A DNA stretch of 64,000 nt from Octopus sinensis (taxonomy: Eukaryota). The stretch covers positions 1,922,001 through 1,986,000 of the forward strand of contig NC_043023.1 of assembly GCF_006345805.1 (NCBI RefSeq). The letters run 5' to 3'. This document shows positions 50,070 through 62,910 of this stretch, piece by piece (positions within the stretch are counted from its first letter, which is position 1; the number at the start of each line of letters is the position of its first letter). The translations under genes and the position numbers were made by a program. The notes beneath the pieces are model-generated. The model saw only the letters and a program-made list of their open reading frames with translations. It was not told the origin of the DNA and made no database searches.

Positions 50070-50480
50070 CATCATCATCGTCATCATTATTTAACGTCCG
50101 CTTTCCATGCCAGCATGGGTTGGATGATTTGACTGAGGTCTGGTGAACCGGATGGCTGCACCAGACTCCAATCTGATCTGGCAGAGTTTCTACAGCTGGA
50201 TCCCTTCCTAATGCCAACCACTCCATGAGGGTACTCGGTGCTTTTACGTGCCGCTGGCACCAGGGCCAGTTAGGCGGTACTGGCAATGGCCACGCTCAAA
50301 TGGTGCTTTTTATGCTTCACCTGCACAAGAGCCGATCCAGTGGCACTGGCTATGACCTCACTCAAAAGTTTTTTCACATGCCACCAGCACAAGTGCGAGT
50401 AAGGCGACGCAGGTAACAATCACGCTAAATTGGTGCTTTTTACAAGGCACCGGCATGGAGGCCAGTTTGTTGCTTGGGTT
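50070..50480 (-). mobile_element. RTE 3'-UTR-derived element (family C)
   Basis: Starts with (ATC)n and TTTAACGTCCGCTTTCCATGC, the reverse complement of the family C tail. Confidence 0.82.
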
Positions 50481-50734
50481 AGATGATTTTACCAGAGCTG
50501 GTAAGATGGAGAGATTCACCTGGTTCCAGTCATGTTTTGACTTGATTTCTACAGTTGGATGCCCTTCCTAATGCCAACCACTTTACAAACTGTGTTGGGG
50601 TAATTTTAGATAGCACCAACATGACACCAGTAAAGGTGTAATTTATGTCACACCAGCACAGATGCATTTCGTGGCACTGGTGACTCTTACGTGCCACTGG
50701 CCCACATACTTTCTATGTGGAGCAAGCAAAGGTT

Positions 50735-52345
50735 TTTGTTTATGTAGCACTGGTACAGGTGCTTTTACGTGGCACCAGGGCCGGTGCTTTCTATGTAGCA
50801 CTGGTACAGGAACATTTTACGTGGCACCAGAGCAGGTGCTTTCTATGTAGCACTGGTACAGGTGCTTTATACGTGGCACAAGTACAGATGCTTTCTAACT
50901 AGCACTTGTGCAGGTGTTTTTACATGGCAAAGAGAGCAGGTCCTTTCTATGTAGCACTGGCACAGGTGATTTTTACGTGGCACCAGAGCAGGTGCTTTCT
51001 ATGTAGCACTGGTACAGGTGCTTTTTACGTGGCACCAGAGCAGGTGCTTTCTATGTAGCACTGGTACAGGTGCTTTTTACGTGGAACCAGAGCAGGTGTT
51101 TTCTATGTAGCACTGGTACAGGTGCTTTTACGTGGCACCAGAGCAGGTGCTTTCTATGTAGCACTGGTACAGGAACATTTTACGTGGCACCAGAGCAGGT
51201 GCTTTCTATGTAGCACTGGTACAGGTGCTTTTTACGTGACACAAGAGCAGGTGCTTTCTATGTAGCACTGGTACAGGTGCTTTTTACGTGGCACCAGAGC
51301 AGGTGCTTTCTATGTAGCACTGGTACAGGAACATTTTACGTGGCACCAGAGCAGGTGCTTTCTATGTAGCACTGGTACAGGTGCTTTTACGTGGCACCAG
51401 AGCAGGTGCTTTCTATGTAGCACTGGTACAGGTGCTTTTTACGTGGCACCAGAGCAGGGGTTTTCTATGTAGCACTGGTACAGGTGCTTTTACGTGGCAC
51501 CAGAGCAGGTGCTTTCTATGTAGCACTGGTACAGGAACATTTTACGTGGCACCAGAGCAGGTGCTTTCTATATAGCACTGACACAGGTGCATTTTACGTG
51601 GCACCAGAGCAGGTGCTTTCTATATAGCACTGACACAGGTGCATTTTACGTGGCACCAGAGCAGGTGCTTTCTATGTAGCACTGACACAGGTGCATTTTA
51701 CGTGGCACCAGAGCAGGTGCTTTCTATATAGCACTGACACAGGTGCATTTTACGTGGCACCAGAGCAGGTGCTTTCTATATAGCACTGACACAGGTGCAT
51801 TTTACGTGGCACCAGAGCAGGTGCTTTCTATATAGCACTGACACAGGTGCATTTTACGTGGCACCAGAGCAGGTGCTTTCTATATAGCACTGACACAGGT
51901 GCATTTTACGTGGCACCAGAGCAGGTGCTTTCTATGTAGCACTGGCTCAGGTAATTTTTACGTGGAACCAGAGTAGGTGCTTTCTATGTAAAACTAGTAC
52001 AGGTGATTTTTACGTGGCACCAGATCAGGTGCTTTCTATGTAGCACTGGTATAGGTGCTTTTTACGTGGCACCAGAGCAGGTGCTTATATGTAGCACTGG
52101 TATAGGTGCATTTAACGTGGCACCAGAGCAGGTGCTTACTATGTAGCACTGGTACAGGTGCTTTTTACGTGGCACCAGAGCAGGTGCTTTCGATGTAGCA
52201 CTGGTACAGGTGCTTTTTACGTGGCACCAGAGCAGGTGCTTTCTATGTAGCACTGGTACAGGTGCTTTTACGTGGCACCAGAACAGGTGCTTTCTATGTG
52301 ACACTGCCACACTTCATATGTAGCACTGGCACAGGTGCCTTTTAT
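50735..52345. repeat. 52-bp minisatellite, ~30 units
   Basis: Unit GCACTGGTACAGGTGCTTTTTACGTGGCACCAGAGCAGGTGCTTTCTATGTA, built from two related ~26-bp halves. Confidence 0.95.
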
Positions 52346-52594
52346 GTTGCACCAGTACTAGCAGGGTTGCTTAGTAACTAACAAGACAAAGATCTCTTAT
52401 TTGAGAGAAGGAGTGGAGCTTAGGAAAGTGGTTGTGTGCCAAGCAGGAGATTAAAGTATGACAAAGTGACAGAGATAGGTCGTCTTACTATAGAAGAGAT
52501 ATTTAGCTATCACAGTAGGACAAAGAATGAGAAGGAAGGTGGGAGAGAGAAATAAATGTTATTGGAAATGTATTGAAGTCTGCCTACATCGTTG

Positions 52595-52810
52595 TCTAAT
52601 GTCTGCTTTCCCTGCTAGCATGGGTTGGACGATTTGACTGAGGGCTGGCGAACCAGATGGCTGCACCAGGCTCCAATCTTGATCTGGCAGAGTTTCTACA
52701 GCTGGATGCCCTTCCTAACGCCAACCACTCTGAGAGTGTGTTGTCGGTGCTTTTATACGCCACCAGCACGAGGGCCAGTCAGAAGGTACTGGCAACGTCC
52801 ACACTCAAGT
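52595..52810 (-). mobile_element. RTE 3'-tail fragment (family C)
   Basis: GCTAGCATGGGTTGGACG..GGATGCCCTTCCTAACGCCAACC. Confidence 0.8.
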
Positions 52811-53103
52811 TTTTTTCTACAGATAACAGATAATATAAATTTTTTGACAGGTTTTAAATTTTTAAGATGTGGCCAGCTAAAAATTCAGGTTTTAGATCTA
52901 GCCTAGAAATTAAAAAGCTCAAGAACCACTGATATATATCATCATCATCAGAGTTACATTAAGTAGGATATAAATGCTGTCATACAATATTTATACCACT
53001 TCCATTTCTAATATCTATATACGCTCTACAGACATTAGGGCTCACATAGGAGCTGACAGGGGACCGAGACTTCTGGTGGTTTGCCGTGCTTGGAAAGACA
53101 CAT

Positions 53104-53525
53104 ACTCTTACTCTTTTACTTTTTTTTACCTGTTTCAGTCATTTGACTGCGGCCATTCTAGAGCACCGCCTTTAGTCGAGAAAAATCGACCCCAGGACTT
53201 ATTCTTTGTAAGCCCAGTACTTATTCTATTGGTCTCTTTTGCCGAACCGCTAAGTGACGGTGACATAAACACACCAGCATCGGTTGTCAAGCAATGCTAG
53301 GGGGACAAACACAGACACACAAACATACACACACATACATATATATATATATACATATATACGATGAGCTTCTTTCAGTTTCCGTCTACCAAATCCACAC
53401 ACAAGGCTTTGGTCTGCCCGAGGCCATAGTAGAAGACACTTGCCCAAGGTGCCACGCAGTGGGACTGAACCTGGAACCATGTGGTTGGTAAGCAAGCAAC
53501 TTACCACACAGCCACTCCTGCGTCT
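53104..53525 (-). mobile_element. SINE family A, full length
   Basis: Family A motifs. Confidence 0.9.
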
Positions 53526-53799
53526 ATATAAAGCTAAATAAAAGCAAAGTTGCCCTTGAATCTAGGCTTAACAGATAAGAAAATGAAATATAAGTACTAG
53601 ATGTGGTGGTGGTGGTGGTGCCTTCTTCAACTTTGTGCTACAGCATGGCCACAGTCAAATGACTGCAACAAGTAATAGACTAAATGTATAAGAATAAAAT
53701 CTTAGAAGACACCACACACACACATTGCCCCTTTGTTTGCTCCTCATGTGCCACCTGCCCCGTTTCCGTTACATTTCCAGCTTAGCAAATTACCGATAT

Positions 53800-54948
53800 T
53801 TTTCTTATTTCTTTACTGCCCAGAGGGGCTACACACAGAGGGGACAAACAAGGACACGTAAATGGATTAAATTGATTATATCGACCCTAGTGCGTAACTG
53901 GTACTTATTTAATTGACCCCAAAAGGATGAAAGGCAAAGTCGACCTTGGAGGAATTTGAACTCAGAATGTAAAGACAGATGGAATACCTATTTCTTTACT
54001 ACCCACAAGGGGCTAAACACAGAGAGGACAAACGGATTAAGTCGATTATATTGACCCCAGTGCGTAACTGGTACTTATTTAATCGACCCTGAAAGGATGA
54101 AAGGCAAAGTCGACCAAGGCAGAATTTAAACTCAGAACATAGCGGCAGACGAAATACCTATTTCTTTACTACCCACAAGGGGCTAAATACAGAGGGGACA
54201 AACAAAGACAGACAAATGGATTAATCGATTACATCGACCCCAGTGCATAACTGGTACTTATTTAATCGACCCCAAAAGGATGAAAGGCAAAGTCGACCTC
54301 AGCAGAATTTGAACTCAGAACGTAATAGCAGACGAAATACCTATTTCTTTACTACCCACAAGGGGCTAAACACAGAGGGGACAAACAAAGACAGACAAAT
54401 GGATTAATCAATTACATCGACCCCAGTGCGTAACTGGTACTTATTTAATCGACCCTGAAAGGATGAAAGGCAAAGTCTACCTCCGCAGAATTTGAACTCA
54501 GAACGTAAAGACAGACGAAATATCTATTTCTTTACTGCCCACAAGGGGCTAAACACAGAGAGGACAAACAAGGACAGACAAACGAATTAAGTCGATTATA
54601 TCGACCCCAAAAGGATGAAAGGTAAAGTCGACCAAGGCAGAATTTGAACTCAGAACGTAAAGACAGACAAAATACCTATTTATTTACTACCCACAAGGGG
54701 CTAAATACAGAGGGGACAAACAAGGACAGACAAATGGATTAAGTCGATTACATCAACCCCAGTGCATAACTGGTACTTATTTAAACATAACAACAACAAA
54801 ATCTAATTATAATAGTATAATTCATGGGTGTATAAAGAAAGAAAAGCAAAGTCTACCTCGGCAGAATTTGAACTCAGAATGTAGCAGCAGACAAAATACC
54901 GCTAATCATTTCGCCCGGCTTGCTAACATTTCTGCCAGCTCGCCGCCT
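53800..54948 (-). mobile_element. Nin-type SINE B array: one head and six tandem units of up to ~183 bp
   Basis: Tail motif CCCACAAGGGGCTAAA recurs (e.g. unit starts at 54159 and 54342). The head lies at ~54840-54948. Confidence 0.9.
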
Positions 54949-55715
54949 AATATCTTTCTGTTCGACAACGGCAAACTTAAACGCTTATTGTTAACCGACC
55001 AGATAACAGCCATTAAAATATTAGCTTCTTCCTCATCACCATCTTCATCATCTTCACATTGCTATTTTTGTTAGATGCAGTGATGGAGACAATGACGATG
55101 GCGATGGTGTGGTGGTGGTGGTAATGATAATGGTGGAGGGGGGTAGTTATGGTGGTGGTGGTGGTGGGGCTGTTGGGTTTGGAGCGGTTCTAATAAGTAT
55201 CTAGTCATGTAGAAACTGTAAATCTTAAATTATGGGCCTCCCCGGTCTGTTGGTTGGTCGTACGACTAAAGCTGAAGCTCTTTGTAAAAGATCTGGTCTT
55301 TTGGTGATATATATTAGGGGGGAGTGGGCATGGGTGGGTGGGCGGGTGGTGGTGTAGAAAGCTGTATATGTGTGTAAGTAAACGTGTGTATAGGTAAATA
55401 CGTTGATACATATATAATAGATATACCAATATAATATATATATTATATTATACACGCACATGTAGGTATATGTATGTGTGTATATAGATATTATATATAT
55501 AATAGATATATATATATAATATATATATATATATGTATGTATATATATATGATATACACATATATACATAAACTCTCTTTATACACATATACATATGTAT
55601 AAACACTTGTGTATTATGTGTGTGGTGTATATATATATATATGTATATATATATATGTGTGTGTGTGTATATATATGCATCCATATATATATATGTATAT
55701 ACATATATATATGCA

Positions 55716-55773
<58 letters not shown>

Positions 55774-56752
55774 GTATATATATATATATATATATATCTA
55801 TATATATCCATATATAAAAATGTATGTAGCATGTATGTATGTGTGTGTGTATGCATATTTGAAATATATTTTTATATGATGTGTGTGTGTGTGAGTGTTT
55901 GTGTGTATATGTATATAGTGCATGTGTATCTATATATATGTTATATGTATTTTATGTGTATGTATGTAAATATATGCACAAAAATGTATGTATGCAAGCA
56001 TACAGGTATCCACCTATACATATATATATATATACACACACATACATATGTATATGCATATATATGTGTGTGTCTATCTGTGTATATATATATATATACA
56101 CACACGTGTATGTATGTAAACGTGTATGAGGGTGTATGCACTTGTGTATGTATGTGTGTATATATATATGTATGTATGTATATATACAGCTACACATTTT
56201 TGAATATGCATATAAGCAAAATTGTGTGTGCATTCATATATATAATTTTCCTTCTTTATACACCTATGAATTATACTATTGTAATTAGATTTTGTCATTA
56301 TTGTTTTATTATTATTATTATTATTTATTATCATCATTATTATTATTAACATGACAAGTTGGCAGAATCATTAGCAGATCGGACAAAATGCAACTGTGCG
56401 TTTCTTTCGGTTCTTAAATTTCCGAGTTCAAATTCCACTGAGGTTGACTTTGAATTTTATTCTTTTGGAGGGAGTAAAATAAATACCAGTTTAGTACTGG
56501 AGTCAGTGTAATCAACTAGACCATCCTACAAAATTCCAGTCCTTGAGCTTATAGTAGAAAGGATTATTATTATTATTATATTTCAAGTTCTGAGTTCAAA
56601 TTCCACCGAGGTCGAATTTGCTTTTCATCCTTTCAGAGTCGATAAAATAAGTACCAGTTGAATACTGGGGTTAATATAATCGACCAGTACCCCCCTTTAA
56701 ATTTCAGGCCTTGTGCATATAGCAGAATGGATTATTATTATTATTATTATTA

Positions 56753-56797
<45 letters not shown>

Positions 56798-56799
<2 letters not shown>

Positions 56800-57344
56800 G
56801 GCGGCGAGCTGGCAGAATCGTTAGCATGCCGGACGAAATACTTAGTGGTATTTGATCTGCCATTACATTCTAAGTTCAAATTCTACTGAGGTCGACTTTG
56901 CCTTTCATCCTTTCGGGGTTGATTAAATAAGTACCAGTTACACACTGGGGTCGATGTAATCGACTTAATCCATTTGTCCGTCCTTGCTTGTCCTCTCTGT
57001 GTTTAGCCCCTTGTGGGTAGTAAAGAAATAGGTATTTCGTCTGCCGTTACGTTCTGAGTTCAAATTCTACTGAGGTCGACTTTGCCTTTCATCCTTTTGG
57101 GGTCAATAAATTAAGTACCAGTTACACACTGGGGTCGATATAATTGACTTAATCCATTTGTCTGTCCTTGTTTGTTCTCTCTGTGTGTAGCCCCTTGTGG
57201 GTAGTAAAGAAATAGGTATTTCATCTGCCAGTACGTTCTGAGTTCAAATTCCATCGAGGGAATTTTTTATAAGCTGGGGTCGATGTAATCGACTTAACTC
57301 CTCCCTCAAATCAAAATTTCCAGCCTTCTGCCTTTAGTAGAAGG

Positions 57345-57345
<1 letters not shown>
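56798..57345 (+). mobile_element. Nin-type SINE B tandem array (older fragments from 56355)
   Basis: Head AAGGCGGCGAGCTGGCAGAATCG after (ATT)n, followed by repeated units. Confidence 0.85.
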
Positions 57346-57385
<40 letters not shown>

Positions 57386-57641
57386 CATTATACTCTCTTT
57401 TACTTGTTTCAATGCGCTTTTATTGAATAAATTTACTCTTTAGTATTTTTATGCAATTCTGGGAAATATATCTGTTAAGATGAGACGTCAGTGTTATTTT
57501 CAGTTTTGCGTAATTTAGACAACAGTTTATTCACCGCACTCTGTGAGTATATATATGCCATGATAGATCGTTAGCTCCTACACGTATTTTTTCTCTCTCC
57601 TTTTTCTCTCTCCTTGTTTCTCTCCTTGTTTTTTCTGTGTA

Positions 57642-57679
57642 TCTTTCTGTCGAAGAGCATAGGCTCGAAACGTAAAAGA
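57642..57679 (+). ncRNA. Minimal type-I hammerhead (A6U variant, palindromic stem III) in a PLE-type terminal repeat
   Basis: TCTTT-CTGTCGA-A-GAGC-ATAG-GCTC-GAAA-CGT-A-AAAGA. Stem I has 5 bp, stem II 4 bp, stem III is the ACGT palindrome, and the cleavage triplet is GUA. Confidence 0.65.
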
Positions 57680-57768
57680 CTTTTTCTATTCCTGAGCGCT
57701 ATACTAATACATTTGTTTGTTTGTACTCCACCTGCCTTCTCTTTGTTTATTTTCGTAAACTTTCCCAT

Positions 57769-57837
<69 letters not shown>

Positions 57838-57839
<2 letters not shown>

Positions 57840-58175
57840 GGTTTGAGGGATGTAGGTTCAAGTCCCATGTATACAGGAAAACCTACTTTTTTTCTGTCGA
57901 GGGCTTATATACCCCATTATTAGACTATTTTCCTTAGTCATTTGCACAGTGATCGCTATAAGTTTTAAGCTTATAAAAAAATACCATATATATATATATA
58001 TATATACATACATATATATATTTATATATGGGGTTTGAGGGATGTGGGTTCAAGTCCCATGTATACGGGAAAACCTACTTTTTTTCTGCCGAGGGCTTAT
58101 ATACCCCATTATTAGACTATTTTCCTTAGTCATTTGCACAGTGATCGCTATAAGTTTTAAGCTTATAAAAATACC
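57838..58175 (+). repeat. Tandem duplication of a ~148-bp unit separated by (TA)n
   Basis: 57838-57985 and 58030-58175 differ at only a few positions. Confidence 0.9.
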
Positions 58176-58181
58176 ATATAC

Positions 58182-58212
<31 letters not shown>

Positions 58213-58219
58213 ATATAAC

Positions 58220-58274
<55 letters not shown>

Positions 58275-58485
58275 ATGAGCAAACAACTGTACTGTGCATT
58301 AGATCAGTGGTTCTCAACTGGAGTCCTTATGGTCCTCAGGGGTCCACATAAGGTTTTGTTGTTAAAATATATGTGCAATAAATAGTTTATGCTTTTACAA
58401 TATACAAAATATTTTAAATAATTATTTTTATATAATTCCCAATGCTATTTAATTAAATGAATATAATATTACGGAGATGTAATAT

Positions 58486-58916
58486 AGGTGCAGGAGTGGC
58501 TGTGTGGTAAGTAGCTTGCTAACCAACCACATGGTTCCGGGTTCAGTCCCACTGTGTGGCATCTTGGGCAAATGTCTTCTACTATAGCCTTGGGCTGACC
58601 AAAGCCTTGTGAGTGGATTTGGTAGACGGAAACTGAAAGAAGCCTGTCATATATATGTATATATATATATGTATGTGTGTGTGTGTGTGTGTTTGTGTGT
58701 CTGTGTTTGTTCCCCTAGCATTGCTTGACAACCGATGCTGGTGTGTTAACGTCCCCGTCACTTAGCGGTTCAGCAAAAGAGACTGATAGAATAAGTACTG
58801 GGCTTACAAAGAATAAGCCCCGGGGTCGATTTGCTCGACTAAAGGCGGTGCTCTAGCATGGCCGCAGTCAAATGACTGAAACAAGTAAAAGAGTAAAAGA
58901 GTAAAAGAGTAAAGAG
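58486..58916 (+). mobile_element. SINE family A, full length, with probable GAGATGTA target duplication
   Basis: GAGATGTA occurs on both sides. The uninterrupted target is seen at ~28680-28708 (minus). Confidence 0.9.
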
Positions 58917-58970
58917 AGATGTACTTGCATAGCAAGTGACCTGATCTGAGATCGTGTGCTGGAACGAAAC

Positions 58971-59250
58971 AATTGCAGAGTGTAAACTGTTTATAAGCCA
59001 TTTAAGAAACACACAAAAACCATTAGATTCACTTCAACATTTAAATTTAATTTACCAAAATATTTTCTTCTCTTTGAGACCGCGACCTATTCACTGACAA
59101 AATTCTGGCCACATGGAATTTTTTTGTCAGTGAACAGGTCGCAGTCTCAAAGCGACAAAAATATTTTGGTAAATTAAATTTAAATGTTGAAGTGAATCTA
59201 ATGGTTTTTGTGTTTTTAAATGGCTTATAAAACCCATCCATGCTGCAATT
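58971..59250. repeat. Foldback element (28.4-kb family) with hammerhead-like variants
   Basis: Arms ~58971-59104 and ~59117-59250. Two further single arms lie at 59630-59760 and 59805-59940. Confidence 0.85.
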
Positions 59251-60044
59251 GTGTATGTATATATATATATATATAAATGCTACCCTCTTCTCTGCTTCTT
59301 CCTTCTTTGTTATCTATTTACTTAAAGATATACCAGCATAAACCACAAGTTTCCCATTGTTATTTTATCCATTTTCTTCTATATATATATACCAAAGTAA
59401 ACACATAAATGTGAAACAAGGTGGAAAAAAAGAGTACTCAAATACCAGAGCTAGAGTAATATGCTTTATTTAAAAGCAGCAGACTTTAACAACAGCTGTT
59501 ACTCGAAGTTTTGTTAACAAAACTGTCCAACAAACGGGAACGTGAAACTCAGAGTAACACCTTTTGTTAAATTTCTGCTGCTTTTAAATAAAGTGTGTGT
59601 AATATATATATATATATATATATATGCAGCATGGAATATTTGTCAATTGAACAGGTCGTGGTCTCAAAGCGATGGAAATATTTTGACAAATTAAATTTAA
59701 ATGTTCAAGTGATTGTAACAGTTTTTGTGTGTTTTTAAATGGCTTATAAACACCATCCGTGCACCAATTGTGTCTGTAATGTATATATATATATATATAT
59801 ATACAGCATGGAATTTTTATCAGTGATCAGGTCATGGTCTCAAAGCGATGAAAATATTTTGACAAATTAAATTAAATGTTGAAATTAATCTAATGGTTTT
59901 AGTGTGTTTTTAAATGGCTTATAAACATCTTCCATGCTGCAATATAATAGGATTTTTTTAAAACATTGAAAGGCTAAGAGGATCCATCTGAGTAAACTAG
60001 GAATTGTAGGTACGCAAAAATTGGTTGAGAACTAGTGCTTTAGA

Positions 60045-60665
60045 TAATGTCTGAATAAAAGATGAGATGGTCATGGTTGGAATATCTTTGATCATAGATC
60101 TGTTGGATCAGGACTGACCTGGGGCTAAAAACGAACAACAGCTATAACCACTAAAGCTAACTACATTGGATAATGTAGTCCCAGATACACTATGGCTGAA
60201 TAAAAGACGGGATGGTCATGGCTGGAGCATCTTTGATCACAGGTCTGTTGGATCAGGACTGACCAGGGGTTAAACAACAACAACAGCTATAACCACTAAA
60301 AGTAACTACATTAGATAATGTAGTCCTAGATACACTATGGCTGAATAAAAGATGGGATGGTCATGGCTGGAACATCTTTGATCATTGGTCTTTTTATCAG
60401 GCTGACCTGGGGCTAAAACAATAACAACAATAGCCATCAATACTAACTACTATACTATACATTAGATAATGTAGTCCTAGATACCCTATGCCTGAATAAA
60501 AGATGGGGTGGTCATGGCTGGAACATCTTTGATCATAGGTCTTCTGGATCTGGACTGACCTGGGGCTAAACAACAACAACAACTAAAACTAACTAATACA
60601 TTAGATAATGTAGTCCAAGATACACTAAGGCTGGGTGGTCACAGGTGGAATATTAGTGATCATAG
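60045..60665 (+). repeat. ~145-bp satellite-like repeat, ~4 units
   Basis: TAATGTAGTC recurs at 60171 and 60316 (145 bp apart). Confidence 0.88.
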
Positions 60666-60780
60666 AACAATTACAAAGACATTAAACCCATCATCTTGAC
60701 CATGACCACCACCAACAAAAACAATAACAGCAGCTTTATAAAGATCTATGTAACATATAGCCAAAATTTTGTCTGATCGG

Positions 60781-61420
60781 TGGAGGCACATAGCTTAGTG
60801 GTTAGAGCAGCGGACAGGCGGCCGAGGGATCACGGGTTCGAATCTCAGACCGGGTGGTGTGTGTGTTTATGAGCGAAACACCTAAGCTCCACGCGGCTCC
60901 GGCAGAAGATAATGGCAAACTTCTGCTGACTCTTTCACCACAACTTTCTCTCACTCTTTCCTCCTGCATCTTGCAGCTCACCTGCGACGGACCAGCGTCC
61001 TGTCCAGGTGGGGAACTTATACATCAAGGAAACTAGGAAACTGGCCCTTATGAGCCAGGCATGGCTCAAGAAGGAACAAACAACAACATATATATATATG
61101 TGTGTGTGTGTGTGTATGTGTGGAGGCACATGGCCTAGTGGTTAGAGCAGCGGACAGGTGGTTGAGGGATCGCGGGTTTGAATCTCAGACCGGGCGATGT
61201 GTGTGTTTATGAGCGAAACACCTAAGCTCCACACGGCTCCGGCAGAAGGTCATGGCGAACTTCTGCTGACTCTTTTGCCACAACTTTCTCTCACTCTTTC
61301 CTCCTCCATCTTGCAGCTCACCTGCGATGGACCGGCGTCCTGTCCAGGTGGAGAACCTATATGCCAAGAAACCGGGAAACCGGCCCTCATGAGCCAGGTG
61401 TGGCTTGAGAAGGATCAACA
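60781..61420 (+). mobile_element. Two tandem SINE family D variants (60781-61088, 61122-61420)
   Basis: Each has head GGAGGCACAT(A/G)GC(T/C)TAGTGGTTAGAGCAGCGGAC and a GAAGGA(A/T)CAA(A/C) tail. Confidence 0.88.
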
Positions 61421-61429
61421 CATTATCTG

Positions 61430-62230
61430 ATAATGTAGTGAGATGGTGGTGATGGTGGTGGTTGTATACCTGTGGTCAGGTGTGTAGTTCCTGTCATAGT
61501 TGTGTGTGGGTTGTGTATTGGCTGTGTGGCAGTAGTAAGGGTGTGTTTGTGGTAGTGGTGGCTATGTTCCTGATGGTGGTGGTGGTGGGGTGTTGGTATA
61601 GGTGTGTTTCTGGTGGTGGTATTGATACTAGTACAGGCATGGTTCTGATAATAGTGGTGGTGATAGTGATGGTATATGTGTGTCCCTGATGGTGTTGGTG
61701 CTAGTACAGGTGTGTTGCTGGTGGTGGTTGTGATGGTGATGGTGGTTGTAGTGGTGGTGGTTGTGATAGTGTTGATGGTGGTGATGGTGGTTGTAATGGT
61801 GGTGATGTTTGTGGTGGTGGTGATGGTGGTTGTTGTGATGGTTGTTGTGGTGGTGGTTGTGATAGTGTTGATGGTGGTGATGGTGGTTGTAATGGTGGTA
61901 ATGTTTGTAGTGGTGGTAATGTTTGAGGCGGTGGTAGTAGTGATGGAGGTTGTGGTGGTGGTGGTGGTGGTGATGGTGGTTGCAGTGGTAGTGATTCTAG
62001 TAAAGGTGTGCCCCTGGCAGAGGTTGATACTTTGAATACATTTCAGATGGTGTTGGTGGTAGTGGTAGTAGAAATGCTAGTATAGGAGCATTTCTGGTGG
62101 TGGTAAAGTGTGGTGGTGCTGGCGCTAGTATAGGTGTATTCCCAGCATTGATGATGACGGTGGTGATGGTGCTGGCACAGGCAGGTGTGTTTCCAGTCAT
62201 GGTGATGCACTGGTGTGGTAGTACAGATGG
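61430..62230. repeat. (GTG/GAT)n low-complexity tract
   Basis: Directly visible. Confidence 0.9.
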
Positions 62231-62432
62231 TAGTATAGTATAGTATAGTGTAGCGTAGTGACCACATGATACAGTACAGCATGTAGTACAACATGATTCC
62301 ACTGCATGGCAACCCAGAGGTTCGATCTGGCGGCTTGCAATATACAATCTTTGCACCATGACTACGGAGCTGTATAGACCCCACTGCAGCAGCAGTGGTG
62401 GTGTCGAGGCTCTGCAGTGGTGGCTGTAGTTG

Positions 62433-62446
62433 GTTTCCATAGCAAC
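62433..62446 (+). promoter_or_regulatory. Candidate RFX X-box
   Basis: GTTTCCATAGCAAC fits the RFX consensus GTTNCCATRGNAAC. It lies in a CpG-richer unique island, with a half-site CATGGCAAC at 62305-62313. Confidence 0.4.
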
Positions 62447-62729
62447 GCGATACAGAATACAGCAGCCGTAGAGCGGTGGCAGCGATGGAGGTGAGGCAAG
62501 ATGTCGATGGCAGAGCAGCAATATTTCTAAAGTGTTATTGTTTTCTTGGGTCCCTTGTCGCTGTAATAAGGATGCAGAGGAGCGGGGTGGGGGTTAGGGG
62601 GTGTGGGGTGGCACGGTGCAGTGCTGGGTGGCGGGGTCTGCGCTGAGTCGGAGTCGGCAGCGGTGTGGAAAGAGAGTCTTGCTATAATGGTTTATGGCTT
62701 ACCATTGTTGTCAGTGATACAGTCAACTG

Positions 62730-62871
62730 CATTGTTACTACCACCACCACTACCACAACCACCACCACCACCAACACACCACCGCCTCCACTACCACTAT
62801 AGCATTATTGCTATAACTACTACTACTACTGCAACTACCAGCACCACCACTACCAACACCATTATTGCTAT

Positions 62872-62910
<39 letters not shown>

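Larger units (their letters stand above)
58305..60037 (+). mobile_element. hAT-type MITE with nested insertions
   Basis: Left TIR CAGTGGTTCTCAAC (58305-58318), right GTTGAGAACTAGTG (60024-60037, 2 mismatches). The 8-bp TSD is CATTAGAT/CTTTAGAT. Confidence 0.7.

Noticed and set aside
50735-52345. Regularly spaced repeats resembling a CRISPR array
   Set aside because: There are no unique spacers or cas genes and the context is eukaryotic; it is a minisatellite.
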